64,000 nt of DNA from an uncultured Nitrososphaerales archaeon (GTDB lineage Archaea; Thermoproteota; Nitrososphaeria; Nitrososphaerales; Nitrososphaeraceae). Numbering within the stretch: the first letter of the stretch is position 1; each line of letters starts with the position of its first letter. The translations under genes were made by a program, and so were the position numbers. The stretch spans positions 256,001 to 320,000 of the forward strand of contig CAVPXM010000055.1 of the NCBI GenBank assembly GCA_963709405.1. The letters are read 5' to 3'. Under the pieces are notes generated by a model. The model had not been told where the DNA came from. It did no database searches and saw only the letters and a program-made list of their open reading frames with translations. Of this stretch, positions 43,625 to 53,828 are shown piece after piece.

Positions 43625-43807
43625 TTGTCAGTGGTACAGAGAAAGGTAGTAGAGATTATTCAAACCATGAAACTGGCAAAGAAGACTAGCAAAGATGATT
43701 ACATGACTCACCTGAGGCTTGTTTTGCTCGGAATGGGTGTTGTCGGTGCAATTGGCTTTGTGATAAAATTGATCGCAGAATTTGTAACCTTTGGCGGGAA
43801 AAGATAA
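43625..43807 (+). CDS. secE: Protein translocase SecE/Sec61-gamma
   Basis: MKLAKKTSKDDY..HLRLVLLGMGVVGAIGFVI. Confidence 0.88.
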   Translation: MSVVQRKVVEIIQTMKLAKKTSKDDYMTHLRLVLLGMGVVGAIGFVIKLIAEFVTFGGKR

Positions 43808-44346
43808 AATTACCTCAATCTAACACATGAAATCTCGTTATTTTCTGAGTAGCTAATACAGATGATCCCAATTTTACCCACAGGCTTATATGACCACGTC
43901 TATTTAGAAAGTCTTTCATCTATTCGGCTTAAGGAATCCAACCAAAGGTTTACACTAGCATTATTCTAATATTGCGGGGAAGATTAGTGGTACTTGTATT
44001 GTCTTGTTTTGATTCATTTCATACGATAATTTTTCGCATTATTACGAACGGATTATAACTGGCTAGCATGTTATAGCCAAGGAATCGTCACACTTTCTAC
44101 CTCCTCCTAATGTTCAGTAATGATCTTATTACTCGTATAATTCTTACACGATCATTTCATACAGATATGATTAGATTCATCGACATGATATAATATTCGG
44201 ATATAGATAACATCCAGAAAGTCACAACTTACACAGATCAAAATTTACTTTAAGTAGTTATGATCTCAAATGTACGACCCTGTATATCGAGAACTCTATT
44301 CCTCGGTGCACCCATATATATGGAAGGTACAATTACCGTTCGTAAC

Positions 44347-45385
44347 ATGGCAAGTCGAAATCATACTATTGCAACATTAGGTTCACACTGCGCATTGGCA
44401 GCTACTAAAGGGAGCAAAGGATGAGGGTTTAAGGACTCTTCTGGTATGTGAAAAAAAAAGGATCGATCTCTATAAGCGATTTAGATTCATTGATGATATT
44501 TTTATCATCGAAGACACAAACGAAATAACTAGTAAAAGATGTATTGACTACTTACAAAAGACAAATTCTATCCTAATACCTCATGGAACATTAATCGCCT
44601 ATATGGATTCAGACCAAATCGAACGAATCGACATTCCAATTTTTGGGAATAAATGGATCCTAAGATGGGAAGCAGATAGAGAATTAAAACAAAAGTTAAT
44701 GGAAAGATCCAATTTACTAGTCTCTAGATCTGTAAGGTCAAAAAATGATATTCAGGGGCTATGCATAGTAAAACTACACGGTGCGGCTGGCGGCAGAGGA
44801 TATTTCATAGCATGGAACAGACAAAGCTTCGAACGACATGCGACGAGATTGATCGGAGAGAAGATGATAGGAAGCGAGCAAGATCTATTTATCCAGGAAT
44901 ATGTTTTTGGCGTTCCCGCGTTCTTGCATTATTTTTATTCCCCTATTACTGGTGAAATAGAACTAATGGGAGTAGATAGAAGATACGAGTCTAATGTTGA
45001 CGGAATTGGGAGAATTCCTGCTAGAGAGTAGCTTTGTGCTGATATAGAGATGTCCTATAATGTAGTGGGTAACATCCCAATCGTTCTACGTGAATCGCTC
45101 CTTCTTAAGGCCTATCAAATGGGAGAATCCTTTGTTAACACATCCAAGACTTTAGTGCCCCCCGGCATGAACGGACCATTCTGTCTTGAAGGGGTCTATG
45201 ATAAAGACGGAAATTTTGTGTCTTTCGAATTTTCGGCAAGGATTGTGGCAGGCACTAATCTCTATCCTAGCGGCTCACCTTATTCGGATTTAATTTATGC
45301 TCAACCAATGAGCATGGGAAGGAGGATTGCTCGTGAGATAAAGCTAGCTAACGAAAAGGACATGATCGATAAGGTAACCACATGA
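44347..45385 (+). CDS. purP: PurP-family ATP-grasp formate ligase; +1 frameshift near 44398 and in-frame TAG at 45029-45031
   Basis: IATLGSHCALQ, PHG, FGNK..LRWE, GAAGGRGYF, DRRYESNVDG, GPFCLE, SARIVAGTN. Confidence 0.85.
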
Positions 45386-45628
45386 CTCGGAATTATAACA
45401 TTGTTCTAATTTGATTTGGCAACTGGGTTTCACAACTAGGTCTCGAACCATTTCATTTTAAGCTCATTAATAGCTCTAGGATCGCAATGGAAAAGTTCGT
45501 TATTAAATAGGGACTTTCAAGAAACAAGCTGACTATCTCACCCCTTCGACAGAGATTGAGGGTTCAGATAAAAAAATTACCCTGTGGGAATAAGTTAAAC
45601 TTCGTGGGATTCGATCTTCAACCGAATA

Positions 45629-46012
45629 CTAATATCCCATTTTCTGCCGACTAATATTCTCTGCATGTTTCTGAGAATACTTTTCAACCAAGGCTAGTGG
45701 ATCTAGCTTGAGTTCGATGGATAATTGAATAACAAAATGCCATATATCGATGAGTTCTTCCTGGCAATTTTCCAAAGATACTTTGGATTCGCGTCTCCAC
45801 CATTTCCAATTCGTTTCCCTTTGCAATTCTACCACTTCATGAATTAGAGCTGATGATAACATGAAAATACGGTAGCCCCGAAATATTTCCGGCTTCTGAT
45901 AAATAGAACTCATCTTGTTTTCCGTGTTTCGCATTCGCTTTGTTAACTTTAGTTGTTTCTCAAATAGAAGCTCTAATTTGTCTTCTTTCAATAATCGAGA
46001 TTTTTCAGCCAT
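45629..46012 (-). CDS. All-alpha dimeric dUTPase / MazG-like pyrophosphatase
   Basis: EVVELQRETNWKWW...EELIDIWHF...K..EN..RQ..GY. Confidence 0.85.
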   Translation of the reverse strand: MAEKSRLLKEDKLELLFEKQLKLTKRMRNTENKMSSIYQKPEIFRGYRIFMLSSALIHEVVELQRETNWKWWRRESKVSLENCQEELIDIWHFVIQLSIELKLDPLALVEKYSQKHAENISRQKMGY

Positions 46013-46318
46013 TCTCCCATCTTGAAACGATTGAACGGTGATTAATGAGTTACGATAATACTGAGATCCTATCAATTTGAATTTAGACTTTGCAGATTAG
46101 GCAGATGTTCAGTCGGCATAATCCAGATTTGGATTGTTCGAGGATTGATTTAATTTGGGTAAATATCAATCCTATTTTGCAGGATGAAGACTCCCGTATG
46201 AACCTAAAATTATAGTATTAGACGAACTTGATTAAAGACCGTATTTGATCCTAGGTATATCCAAATTTCGAACTTATAATTTTGTAAGACTAAAATTACC
46301 AGATCAATTAGTCAGCAA

Positions 46319-46891
46319 TTGTTGAAAAGAGATCTGGAAACGGCGTTAGCAAGAAGGGCGTTTGGTGTTCTTTTTATTGCTATATCCGTGGCCTTATTAT
46401 CTGGTACAATATTAATTGAACTGTTTACACCTGGTGGACCTTCACTAATCTTCAACCTTCTTATCTGGATTGCATGTTTTGGGATTACATTTGGTATAAT
46501 ATTTGCTAAATTTCGTTCTTCGTTGTTGCTCATAAGAAAAAGAATGAAGCGAAGCGTGGAATGGCCCATGATTGCAAAAGTCATAAACGGCTTGTGTTGG
46601 ACAGGGCCGTTCCTTGCCATAGGTCTAATTCCGTCAGCGTACCAGTATTTCATCTTGCTTGGGATAGGAATGGGGAATATTTCCACGTTTATATTAATGA
46701 AAACAATCAACAAGCTTGATAATAAAGAGCAGTTGATAGTTGGTTCGATTTCATTAATATCTATACCGTTGGCTGCAGGATTGGATACATCTCTGTTTTC
46801 TTCAAGAAGCGATCTGGCCGTCTTATTTTCAAGAGCATTAATTGCGGTAGCCTACGGAGTCGCCGGAATCTATGCCTATTTTTCTGGTTAA
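46319..46891 (+). CDS. Multi-pass membrane protein
   Basis: 190 aa with ~6 hydrophobic helices. Confidence 0.8.
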   Translation: MLKRDLETALARRAFGVLFIAISVALLSGTILIELFTPGGPSLIFNLLIWIACFGITFGIIFAKFRSSLLLIRKRMKRSVEWPMIAKVINGLCWTGPFLAIGLIPSAYQYFILLGIGMGNISTFILMKTINKLDNKEQLIVGSISLISIPLAAGLDTSLFSSRSDLAVLFSRALIAVAYGVAGIYAYFSG

Positions 46892-46988
46892 TGGAAAGCT
46901 TAGTCCTTATTAAATTGGAACATGCATTTTATTAGTGCCCAAATACCATGAGTTTTTTGGAATGACCCAAGGTTTGTCTTCAGATGCA

Positions 46989-47709
46989 ATGGCTAAGAGC
47001 AATGATAAAAAAGCCATTTGCATAGTCAGCGGTGGGCTGGATTCAATATGCGCCGGCAGCGTATGTCAGTCGTATAAAGAAGTATAATATTTACATGATT
47101 AACTTTTCGTATGGGCAAAGAGCTAAAATGGAATTGTCCATAGCAAGAGACTTTGCAATTGCATTAAAGGCGAAACGTTATCATTCCGTCGACATTAGCT
47201 TCATGAAGAATTTTTATGGGCAAACAAATGCGTTGACTGACGATGCAATAAAGATGCCGTTAAGGTTTCAACACAATATTGTCGTCCCTATAAGGAATGC
47301 TATATTCATAACAATAGCGACGGCTTGGGCTCTGAGTATTAAAGCTCAAATCGTATGTTATGGAGCGCACACCGGGGACAACCACTACCCTGATTGCCGC
47401 CCTTCCTTTGTCAGATCCATAACTAGGACTCTAACCTTAGCAGATTTAGATAGTATCAAGGCAAAGTCGAGAAATAAGGTCAAAATCTGGTGTCCTGCGT
47501 CCTCAGGAATTGATAAGTCTAGTCTATTGAAAATCGGTTACCGGCTCTTAGGCAATGAAATTTTCAAAACGTGGAGTTGTTATTCGAATGGTGTAGACCG
47601 GAAAAATGCTACTAATAGTGTACAATGTGGAATTTGTGAATCATGTGTTAATAGGAAAAATGCGTTTAGAAAAGCAGGAATCGAAGACTTGACTGGGTAC
47701 GATAGATAG
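46989..47709 (+). CDS. queC: 7-cyano-7-deazaguanine synthase; +1 frameshift near 47053
   Basis: SGGLDS, FSYGQR, VPIRN, YPDCRP, TWSCY, CGICESC..R. Confidence 0.92.
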
Positions 47710-47990
47710 AGGTCCGTGATAACGGGCTCTAACGCATGAAAAGGATTTCGTTCTACCACGTGATTAATTTAGTTCTGGATAGTTTAAGCAGTTTGCCATA
47801 TTAACGTTGAGAAAATCACCTATCAACTAATCCTTTTTTGGATAGAAAATAAATGTTGACTCTTTGAGACAATAGAGTTATAATAGAGGCATTAGTCTTA
47901 ATTAATGAGCCAATAGTGAAGCGGCTTTTAATATATTACTATGACATTTACTGCTTAGTGTTTGTCCTACCTTGTACACAAAGAAAGCTA

Positions 47991-48012
47991 GAGGAGCTCG
48001 AGGAGCTCGAGG
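47991..48012. repeat. 9-bp tandem repeat (GAGGAGCTC x2.4) just upstream of folE
   Basis: GAGGAGCTC GAGGAGCTC GAGG, duplicating an SD-like motif. Confidence 0.6.
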
Positions 48013-48020
48013 ATTAGACA

Positions 48021-48629
48021 TTGTATCAGAACTTTGAAAACGAAAACTCGAAGCCATCGAAGAATCCTGTCAATAAAAGGAAGATAGAAAAGTTACTAAG
48101 GGAGCTTTTGATCGAATTAGGTGAGAATCCCGACCGGGAAGGTTTACTTGACACCCCTCGACGAATCGCAGACATGTACGAAGAGATTTTTGGTGGATAT
48201 AGAATTGATGCAGGATTGGATGTAAGTTTTAGTGAGGAAACAGACGCAATAATTGCTAAGGATATTCAGTTCTATAGTATGTGCGAACATCATATGCTTC
48301 CATTTTATGGCAAAATCCATATTGCATATATTCCTAATGGGAAGGTATTTGGCATCTCTAAATTAGTTCGACTGGTAGAAAAGTATTCTAGAAGAATGCA
48401 AATCCAAGAAAGATTAACAAAGGAAATCGCAACTGAGATAATGGAAATGGGAGTAAAGGGGGTGTTAGTTATCACGGAAGGGGAACATCTGTGTATGAAA
48501 ATGAGAGGCGTTCGTAATGATAGTGTAATCCTAACCTTAGCACATCGTGGAATAATGGAGAATAAAGAGATTCGTGAAAGTGCTCTCGTACTTTTATATA
48601 ACACTAAAGCTAAATTGCGAGCTATATGA
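48021..48629 (+). CDS. folE: GTP cyclohydrolase I
   Basis: REGLLDTPRR, SMCEHHMLPF, GISK, QERLT, HLCMKMRG. Confidence 0.96.
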   Translation: MYQNFENENSKPSKNPVNKRKIEKLLRELLIELGENPDREGLLDTPRRIADMYEEIFGGYRIDAGLDVSFSEETDAIIAKDIQFYSMCEHHMLPFYGKIHIAYIPNGKVFGISKLVRLVEKYSRRMQIQERLTKEIATEIMEMGVKGVLVITEGEHLCMKMRGVRNDSVILTLAHRGIMENKEIRESALVLLYNTKAKLRAI

Positions 48630-48883
48630 GACGTGGCACGTCTATTTGTGACGAGAACATATAAAGTGGCAGACAATTTGCAACAATCTGCAGACATTAA
48701 CTGAGATCTTTCACTACGGCGAACAAACCTGTCATTTTTGATAATAATCATAAAGCCTTTACGGTCTACTACACCAATCACCATCTTTCTTTGCAAAATA
48801 ATTTCTCATGGGCGTCTTCAAGTCGCAGATCGAGGGGAAAATACAACGGGTTATTTAGGTCTGATAAAGACCTCTAAAAATGC

Positions 48884-49156
48884 CTAAAAATCCTCCTCAA
48901 ATTCATTATCACCCTCTTCTTCTTCAATCTCGTCGAAATCCTCCTCAAACTCTTCTCGTTCTTCGGCGCTCTTATATGGAAGATCGGCCTCTCCGGGTGC
49001 TCCACATACTGGACATTTGAACTCAATAGTTTGGCCCTCTAGATCAAGTGGGAATTCTTTTGAAAAAACTTCATCACATTTGGAACAAACAAGGGTAGTC
49101 TGAATGTTATCTTGGCTAAATTTATGCGACTGGACTCTAAAGATTGTACTTGCCAT
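48884..49156 (-). CDS. Small Zn-ribbon protein with acidic tail
   Basis: CSKC...CPVC followed by a D/E-rich C-terminus. Confidence 0.8.
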   Translation of the reverse strand: MASTIFRVQSHKFSQDNIQTTLVCSKCDEVFSKEFPLDLEGQTIEFKCPVCGAPGEADLPYKSAEEREEFEEDFDEIEEEEGDNEFEEDF

Positions 49157-49499
49157 TCTTCTTACCTATAGGAAATATTCTTTTTTATAAGCCTTCTCTT
49201 CTATTCCTATAAGTAAATTGTACTGGAAATTAAAGATCCTAATAGGATCTCGACTTTTCAAATAAATGTCTAACAAGTCAGGCTGACAGGCCTATATGGT
49301 TGCTAGGCGGATTTTGATGAAACGCTTGGTTTGGGATGCTTTCGAATGTTAAACTCTGCTGCTCTCAATACCAATAGCATACATGATTTGATATTGTTGG
49401 ATTTTCCACTCCAGTGTACCTCACGCGGAACATTTCGTGTTGCATGATAGAGCTGGGAAATCAAATAAATATGCACGTGACTGCTTCAATGTGTTATCC

Positions 49500-51102
49500 A
49501 TGAATGACGACCGAATGTCTATGGCCGCTAAATGCTATGCGCAGTTGGAACAATCTGGTATCAAGGTAGGCAAAGTGCATCATAATCTGCCACCTGCATC
49601 ATTGATTGAGGTTGCCATTCGTAAGAGGGAGGGAATGCTATCTCTTACTGGAGCTCTGACAGTGAACACCGGAAAGTACACAGGCCGATCACCAGATGAT
49701 AGATTTATAGTAGACGATGAAATTACGCACAGCACCGTAGACTGGGGAAAAGTGAATCATCCTCTATCTCAAGAAAAATACAGTCTAATCTTCAACAGGT
49801 TAAGGGATCAGCTTGACCAGAAGGAATACTTTGTTTTTGATGGGTTTGTAGGAGCTGACAAAAAGGTAAGACTTCCAATAAGAGTGCTTACAGACAAAGC
49901 ATGGCAATGCCTGTTTGCAAACCAGATATTTCTTAGGCCTCATGCTATAGAGCTTCAGACATTCCAGCCTGAATTTAGTTTGATTTCCGTCAATGATTTC
50001 AAGGCCATTCCCGAGATAGATGGAACAAAGAGTGAGACATTTATAATAATAAATTTCTCCAAGAGAATGATAATTATTGGATCTACTTCCTACGCTGGCG
50101 AAATTAAGAAAGCAATGTTCTCAATTATGAGCTATCTTCTTCCACTTAGGGGTATTTTTCCTATGCACTGCTCTGCTAATATCGGGCCTGAAGGAGACAC
50201 TGCATTATTTTTTGGGCTATCTGGTACCGGAAAAACCACCCTTTCAGCTGACAGGGAACGGCATCTCGTCGGAGATGATGAACATGGATGGACTGAAGAT
50301 GGGATATTCAATTTTGAGGGTGGCTCGCTATGCTAAATGTATACATTTAAAAAAAGAACGCGAACCGCAGATATGGAATGCCATTAGGTTCGGAGCTGTG
50401 ATGGAAAATGTAGTTGTAAGCAAAAAGACAAGAGTACCTGACTTTGATGATGGGGCACTCACAGAAAACACTAGAGTCGTATATCCGCTTGAATTCATAC
50501 CCGGTTCTGTCATTCCAAGCTTGGCTACCCATCCTAAGGTGATAATCTTTTTAACTGCCGACGCATTCGGGGTGATGCCTCCAATTTCCAAACTAAGTCG
50601 AGAAGGTGGGATGTATCACTTCATGTCTGGTTATACAAGCAAACTAGCTGGGACAGAGAGAGGCATTACCGAGCCGCAGGAGACGTTTTCTCAATGTTTT
50701 GGAGCTCCATTCATGATGCTTCCGGCCAGTCGCTATGCTCAAATGCTAGGGGAAAAAATACTTGCCCATAATACTAAAGTATACTTGATAAATACTGGTT
50801 GGTATGGAGGGCCATACGGTGTCGGAAAAAGAATAAATCTTGATTATACAAGATCAATGGTAAGAGCCGTCATTAGAGGATTACTTGATAATCAGTCATA
50901 TGAACATCACCCTATTTTTAATCTGGATATTCCGACGGCTTGTCCAGATGTACCTCCTGAGATCTTAAATCCAGTTAATACTTGGCCTGACAAGGAGAAA
51001 TATAATACGGCTGCTCGCAGATTAGCTTCATTATTTGTCAAGAATTTTGAAAAGTTCAATGACATACCCCAAGAAGTAAGGGATGCAGGTCCGATTTTAT
51101 AA
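49500..51102 (+). CDS. pckA: Phosphoenolpyruvate carboxykinase (ATP); +1 frameshift near 50326
   Basis: [55 protein letters not shown]. Confidence 0.95.
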
Positions 51103-51107
51103 AGGAG

Positions 51108-51248
51108 TAGCCCGGAGCAGATTCGAACTGCTGTCTCCAGGTTTCTTTTCTCTTTAGAGATCCAGAGCCTGAAATCCCTAGCCCTACCATGGAGATTGGC
51201 CACTAGATTCGGCACCCGCTTGCTCTACTGTGCAGGTTCGACCGGGCT
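51108..51248 (-). tRNA. tRNA-Gln(CUG) with three introns (51238-51208 at 10/11; 51195-51178 at 21/22; 51161-51143 at 37/38)
   Basis: Removing 31+18+19 nt gives a 73-nt cloverleaf AGCCCGGTCGTCTAGTGGCCAAGGATTTCAGGCTCTGGACCTGGAGACAGCAGTTCGAATCTGCTCCGGGCTA; each junction forms a BHB-like motif. Confidence 0.9.
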
Positions 51249-51292
51249 TCTACCAAGCTACACCAAACTGAAAACACTACCAATATTTGACT

Positions 51293-51647
51293 TTAGCGTT
51301 TTGTATTAATTTCCCTTATAAGCAGGCCGTAACTCTAGGATCACCTTCTTCCGCATGTAAGGAATTAATCGATAATGAATTGAATATATATCATTTTCTC
51401 GGGTCAATATCCCTTTGACTAGTAATGACACAAATCCTCCTGCTACTCTCGATGGAGGCATCCGATGAATCTGACAAAATTCATCTCTTCTTGTGTGGTA
51501 TTCTTTTAACGTAAAATATGACCTGTTTAGGTCCAATATCAATGGCCAGACTACTTTTTCCCAAACCATTCGACGATTTTCGGTAGATGTGGCATGTTTC
51601 CCTTTACCTTTATTCCCATAGTGTGAGTCGAGATCCACATTTATCAT
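51293..51647 (-). CDS. Hypothetical protein (possible winged helix); +1 frameshift near 51331
   Basis: GFVSLLVKGILTREND.YSI wing-like motif; corrected end ..EYGLLIREINTKR*. Confidence 0.65.
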
Positions 51648-52157
51648 TTTATTACGGCGAGGTCCTTTCAATAGTTCGAACCGAGGAACATTTAAACGCC
51701 TTGTTTAAGTAGATTAAAACAGATTTATTATCAGGTGCGACATTCTCCTTGTTTTTAAATGCTATGTATATGATGTTTGCATCAACAATCAAAACAAGCA
51801 TAGCACATGCAATCTTTTCTTCACAGATTACAGTCCAGTAAATCTAACGCAGGAGTAGCACAAATAAAAAACCCAGGTTCCTCAGAACAGTTCCATACCT
51901 AAATCATATTTTAACTGATAATCATCTTACTCTATCTTAGTAAGTGCTGTATTCGCTTCCTCTACATTCAAGACCTATCCCTTGACCCTCTATTTTACCG
52001 ATTTATTACCCATTGATATGCAAGTAGTGTCGAACCGAAACGGTTCTATAGGGTCATTAATTGCAGCCGAGATTTTTCATCCCCTATTCGAATTAATGTA
52101 TAATTCAGTATCGTTTTCCTGGGGCGAGTCTTTACAACTCAATTTCCGAAATTCCCT

Positions 52158-52814
52158 TTATCTGCTCTCGCCCAACTCGGCTCTGATCCTACGTCTTCTC
52201 TTGTACAAAATGAGAGTTAAAACTAATGCCATTGAGGCAGATATCAATATAATCGACAACTGAAAAAGAGATGATGTTCCAGCAGGGGGAAATATAGAGC
52301 AAGGAAATTCATTGTACATACATCCTAACGCAAAAAATATCCCATTCCATAATGAGTGAGCGAGTATCGCAAACCAACCCTTTCCGCTGACCCATGTCCT
52401 TAAACTATAAAAAAAAGAAGGCATTACGAAGAGCCAGTTTGTATATGAAAGACTTGCAGCATCGATGGATTTTGTATTAAAGATGTGTAGTATAACCCAT
52501 GTGATGCCAGATATGACTACAATGAACTGATTTCCGGTAGCGTAAAACGGGATGCCAAAGAAAACTGATTCTTCAATTGGCCCTGCTGCCACTACTGGAG
52601 CCAAGTATCGTGGAATTCTGGGTTCAGCATATCCAGTCATCGAATACTGAAGTACTACTGACCCGACAAGTAATAGTAAAACACCTATTAAATGGTAGAA
52701 CATTAGCATTACAACAAGATGTATAATCGATGTATTACGATACTTAGAAAGCCACCGTTTTGGATTAACATCTAATTTAATATCCAACAGTTCTTTATGC
52801 AACGAAGACACCAT
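52158..52814 (-). CDS. CPBP/CAAX-type intramembrane protease family protein
   Basis: AGPIEESVFFG, ILH, AHSLWN motifs in a multi-TM protein. Confidence 0.82.
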   Translation of the reverse strand: MVSSLHKELLDIKLDVNPKRWLSKYRNTSIIHLVVMLMFYHLIGVLLLLVGSVVLQYSMTGYAEPRIPRYLAPVVAAGPIEESVFFGIPFYATGNQFIVVISGITWVILHIFNTKSIDAASLSYTNWLFVMPSFFYSLRTWVSGKGWFAILAHSLWNGIFFALGCMYNEFPCSIFPPAGTSSLFQLSIILISASMALVLTLILYKRRRRIRAELGESR

Positions 52815-52912
52815 CTATCTACTATGAATAAATTATAGCCTTTAATATAGCAATAGAGGTGTCGCTAGAAAGCTTTTTTTATCCACAACAGGCATTATTA
52901 CAATCAAAGAAA

Positions 52913-53828
52913 CTACGAGATCGGCGTGAGCCACATTGCACTGTATTTATTATCACTTCCTTCAAGTATGTATTGAAATCTAGAAATCAGCCGCATCGTG
53001 AGATCGCCCACTTTCCCGTCGCCAACAACTCTCTGGTCAATTTCAGTTACCGGTTTTATTCCAGCTGCAGTTCCGGTCAAAAAAATCTCATCGGCCAAAT
53101 AAAGATCTTCTCTCCCGAAGTCTGAAACCGTGCAGGTGACTCCAAGCTCTTTTCCCAGAGTGAGAATGCTATCCCTAGTAATGCCACGTAGTGCGCCTGC
53201 AGTGAGTGGCGGTGTTATCATGCAGCCATTTTTTACTATGAAGACATTTTCTGCCGTGGCCTCTGCGACGTTGCCATTTGAATTTAGCATTATAGCTTCG
53301 TCATAACCCAAGTTTATGGCTTCAATTCTTGCCAAAACAGAATTTGCATAGTTAGCCGTCGCCTTAGCCAAAACAGGAAGCGACCTGCTGTCGAACCGAA
53401 TCCATGAGGAGACTACAACTCGAATTCCAATCTCTGAATTGCTATAAACGTTTTCATCCCATATCCATGCGGCTACCGCCATGCAAACCTTATTTGGGAG
53501 CGGATTCACACCCATCTTTCCGTGGCCATAGTATACGATCGGGCGAACGTAATAGCCGTCATTACCATTTGCCTTGACAGTTTCGAATATAGCACTCTTT
53601 ATTTGGTCCGCCGAGTAGCGTAGGTCCATATAGTAGATCTTACAGCTATCTATCAGCCTCTGAACATGATCATCCAACCTAAAAATTGCCAAGCCCTCTG
53701 TAGTTTTGTAGGCAGCGAATACCTTCAAAGACTGCAGTTCCGTAGTGCAAACTGTGAGTCAGGATGTGGATGCTTGCATTATCCCAATCTACAATTGTGC
53801 CATCCATCCAAATCTTTCCTGTGGTCAT
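52913..53828 (-). CDS. ilvE: Branched-chain amino-acid aminotransferase; +1 frameshift near 53714
   Basis: KIWMDG, HSLHYGTAVFEG, AKATANY, EATAENVF, LRGITR, EIFLTGTAA. Confidence 0.93.

Noticed and set aside
45629-48629. queC + folE + dUTPase as a 7-deazaguanine DNA-modification (dpd) system
   Set aside because: No dpdA/tgt-like, queD or queE gene in the window; archaeosine and pterin synthesis explain these genes.
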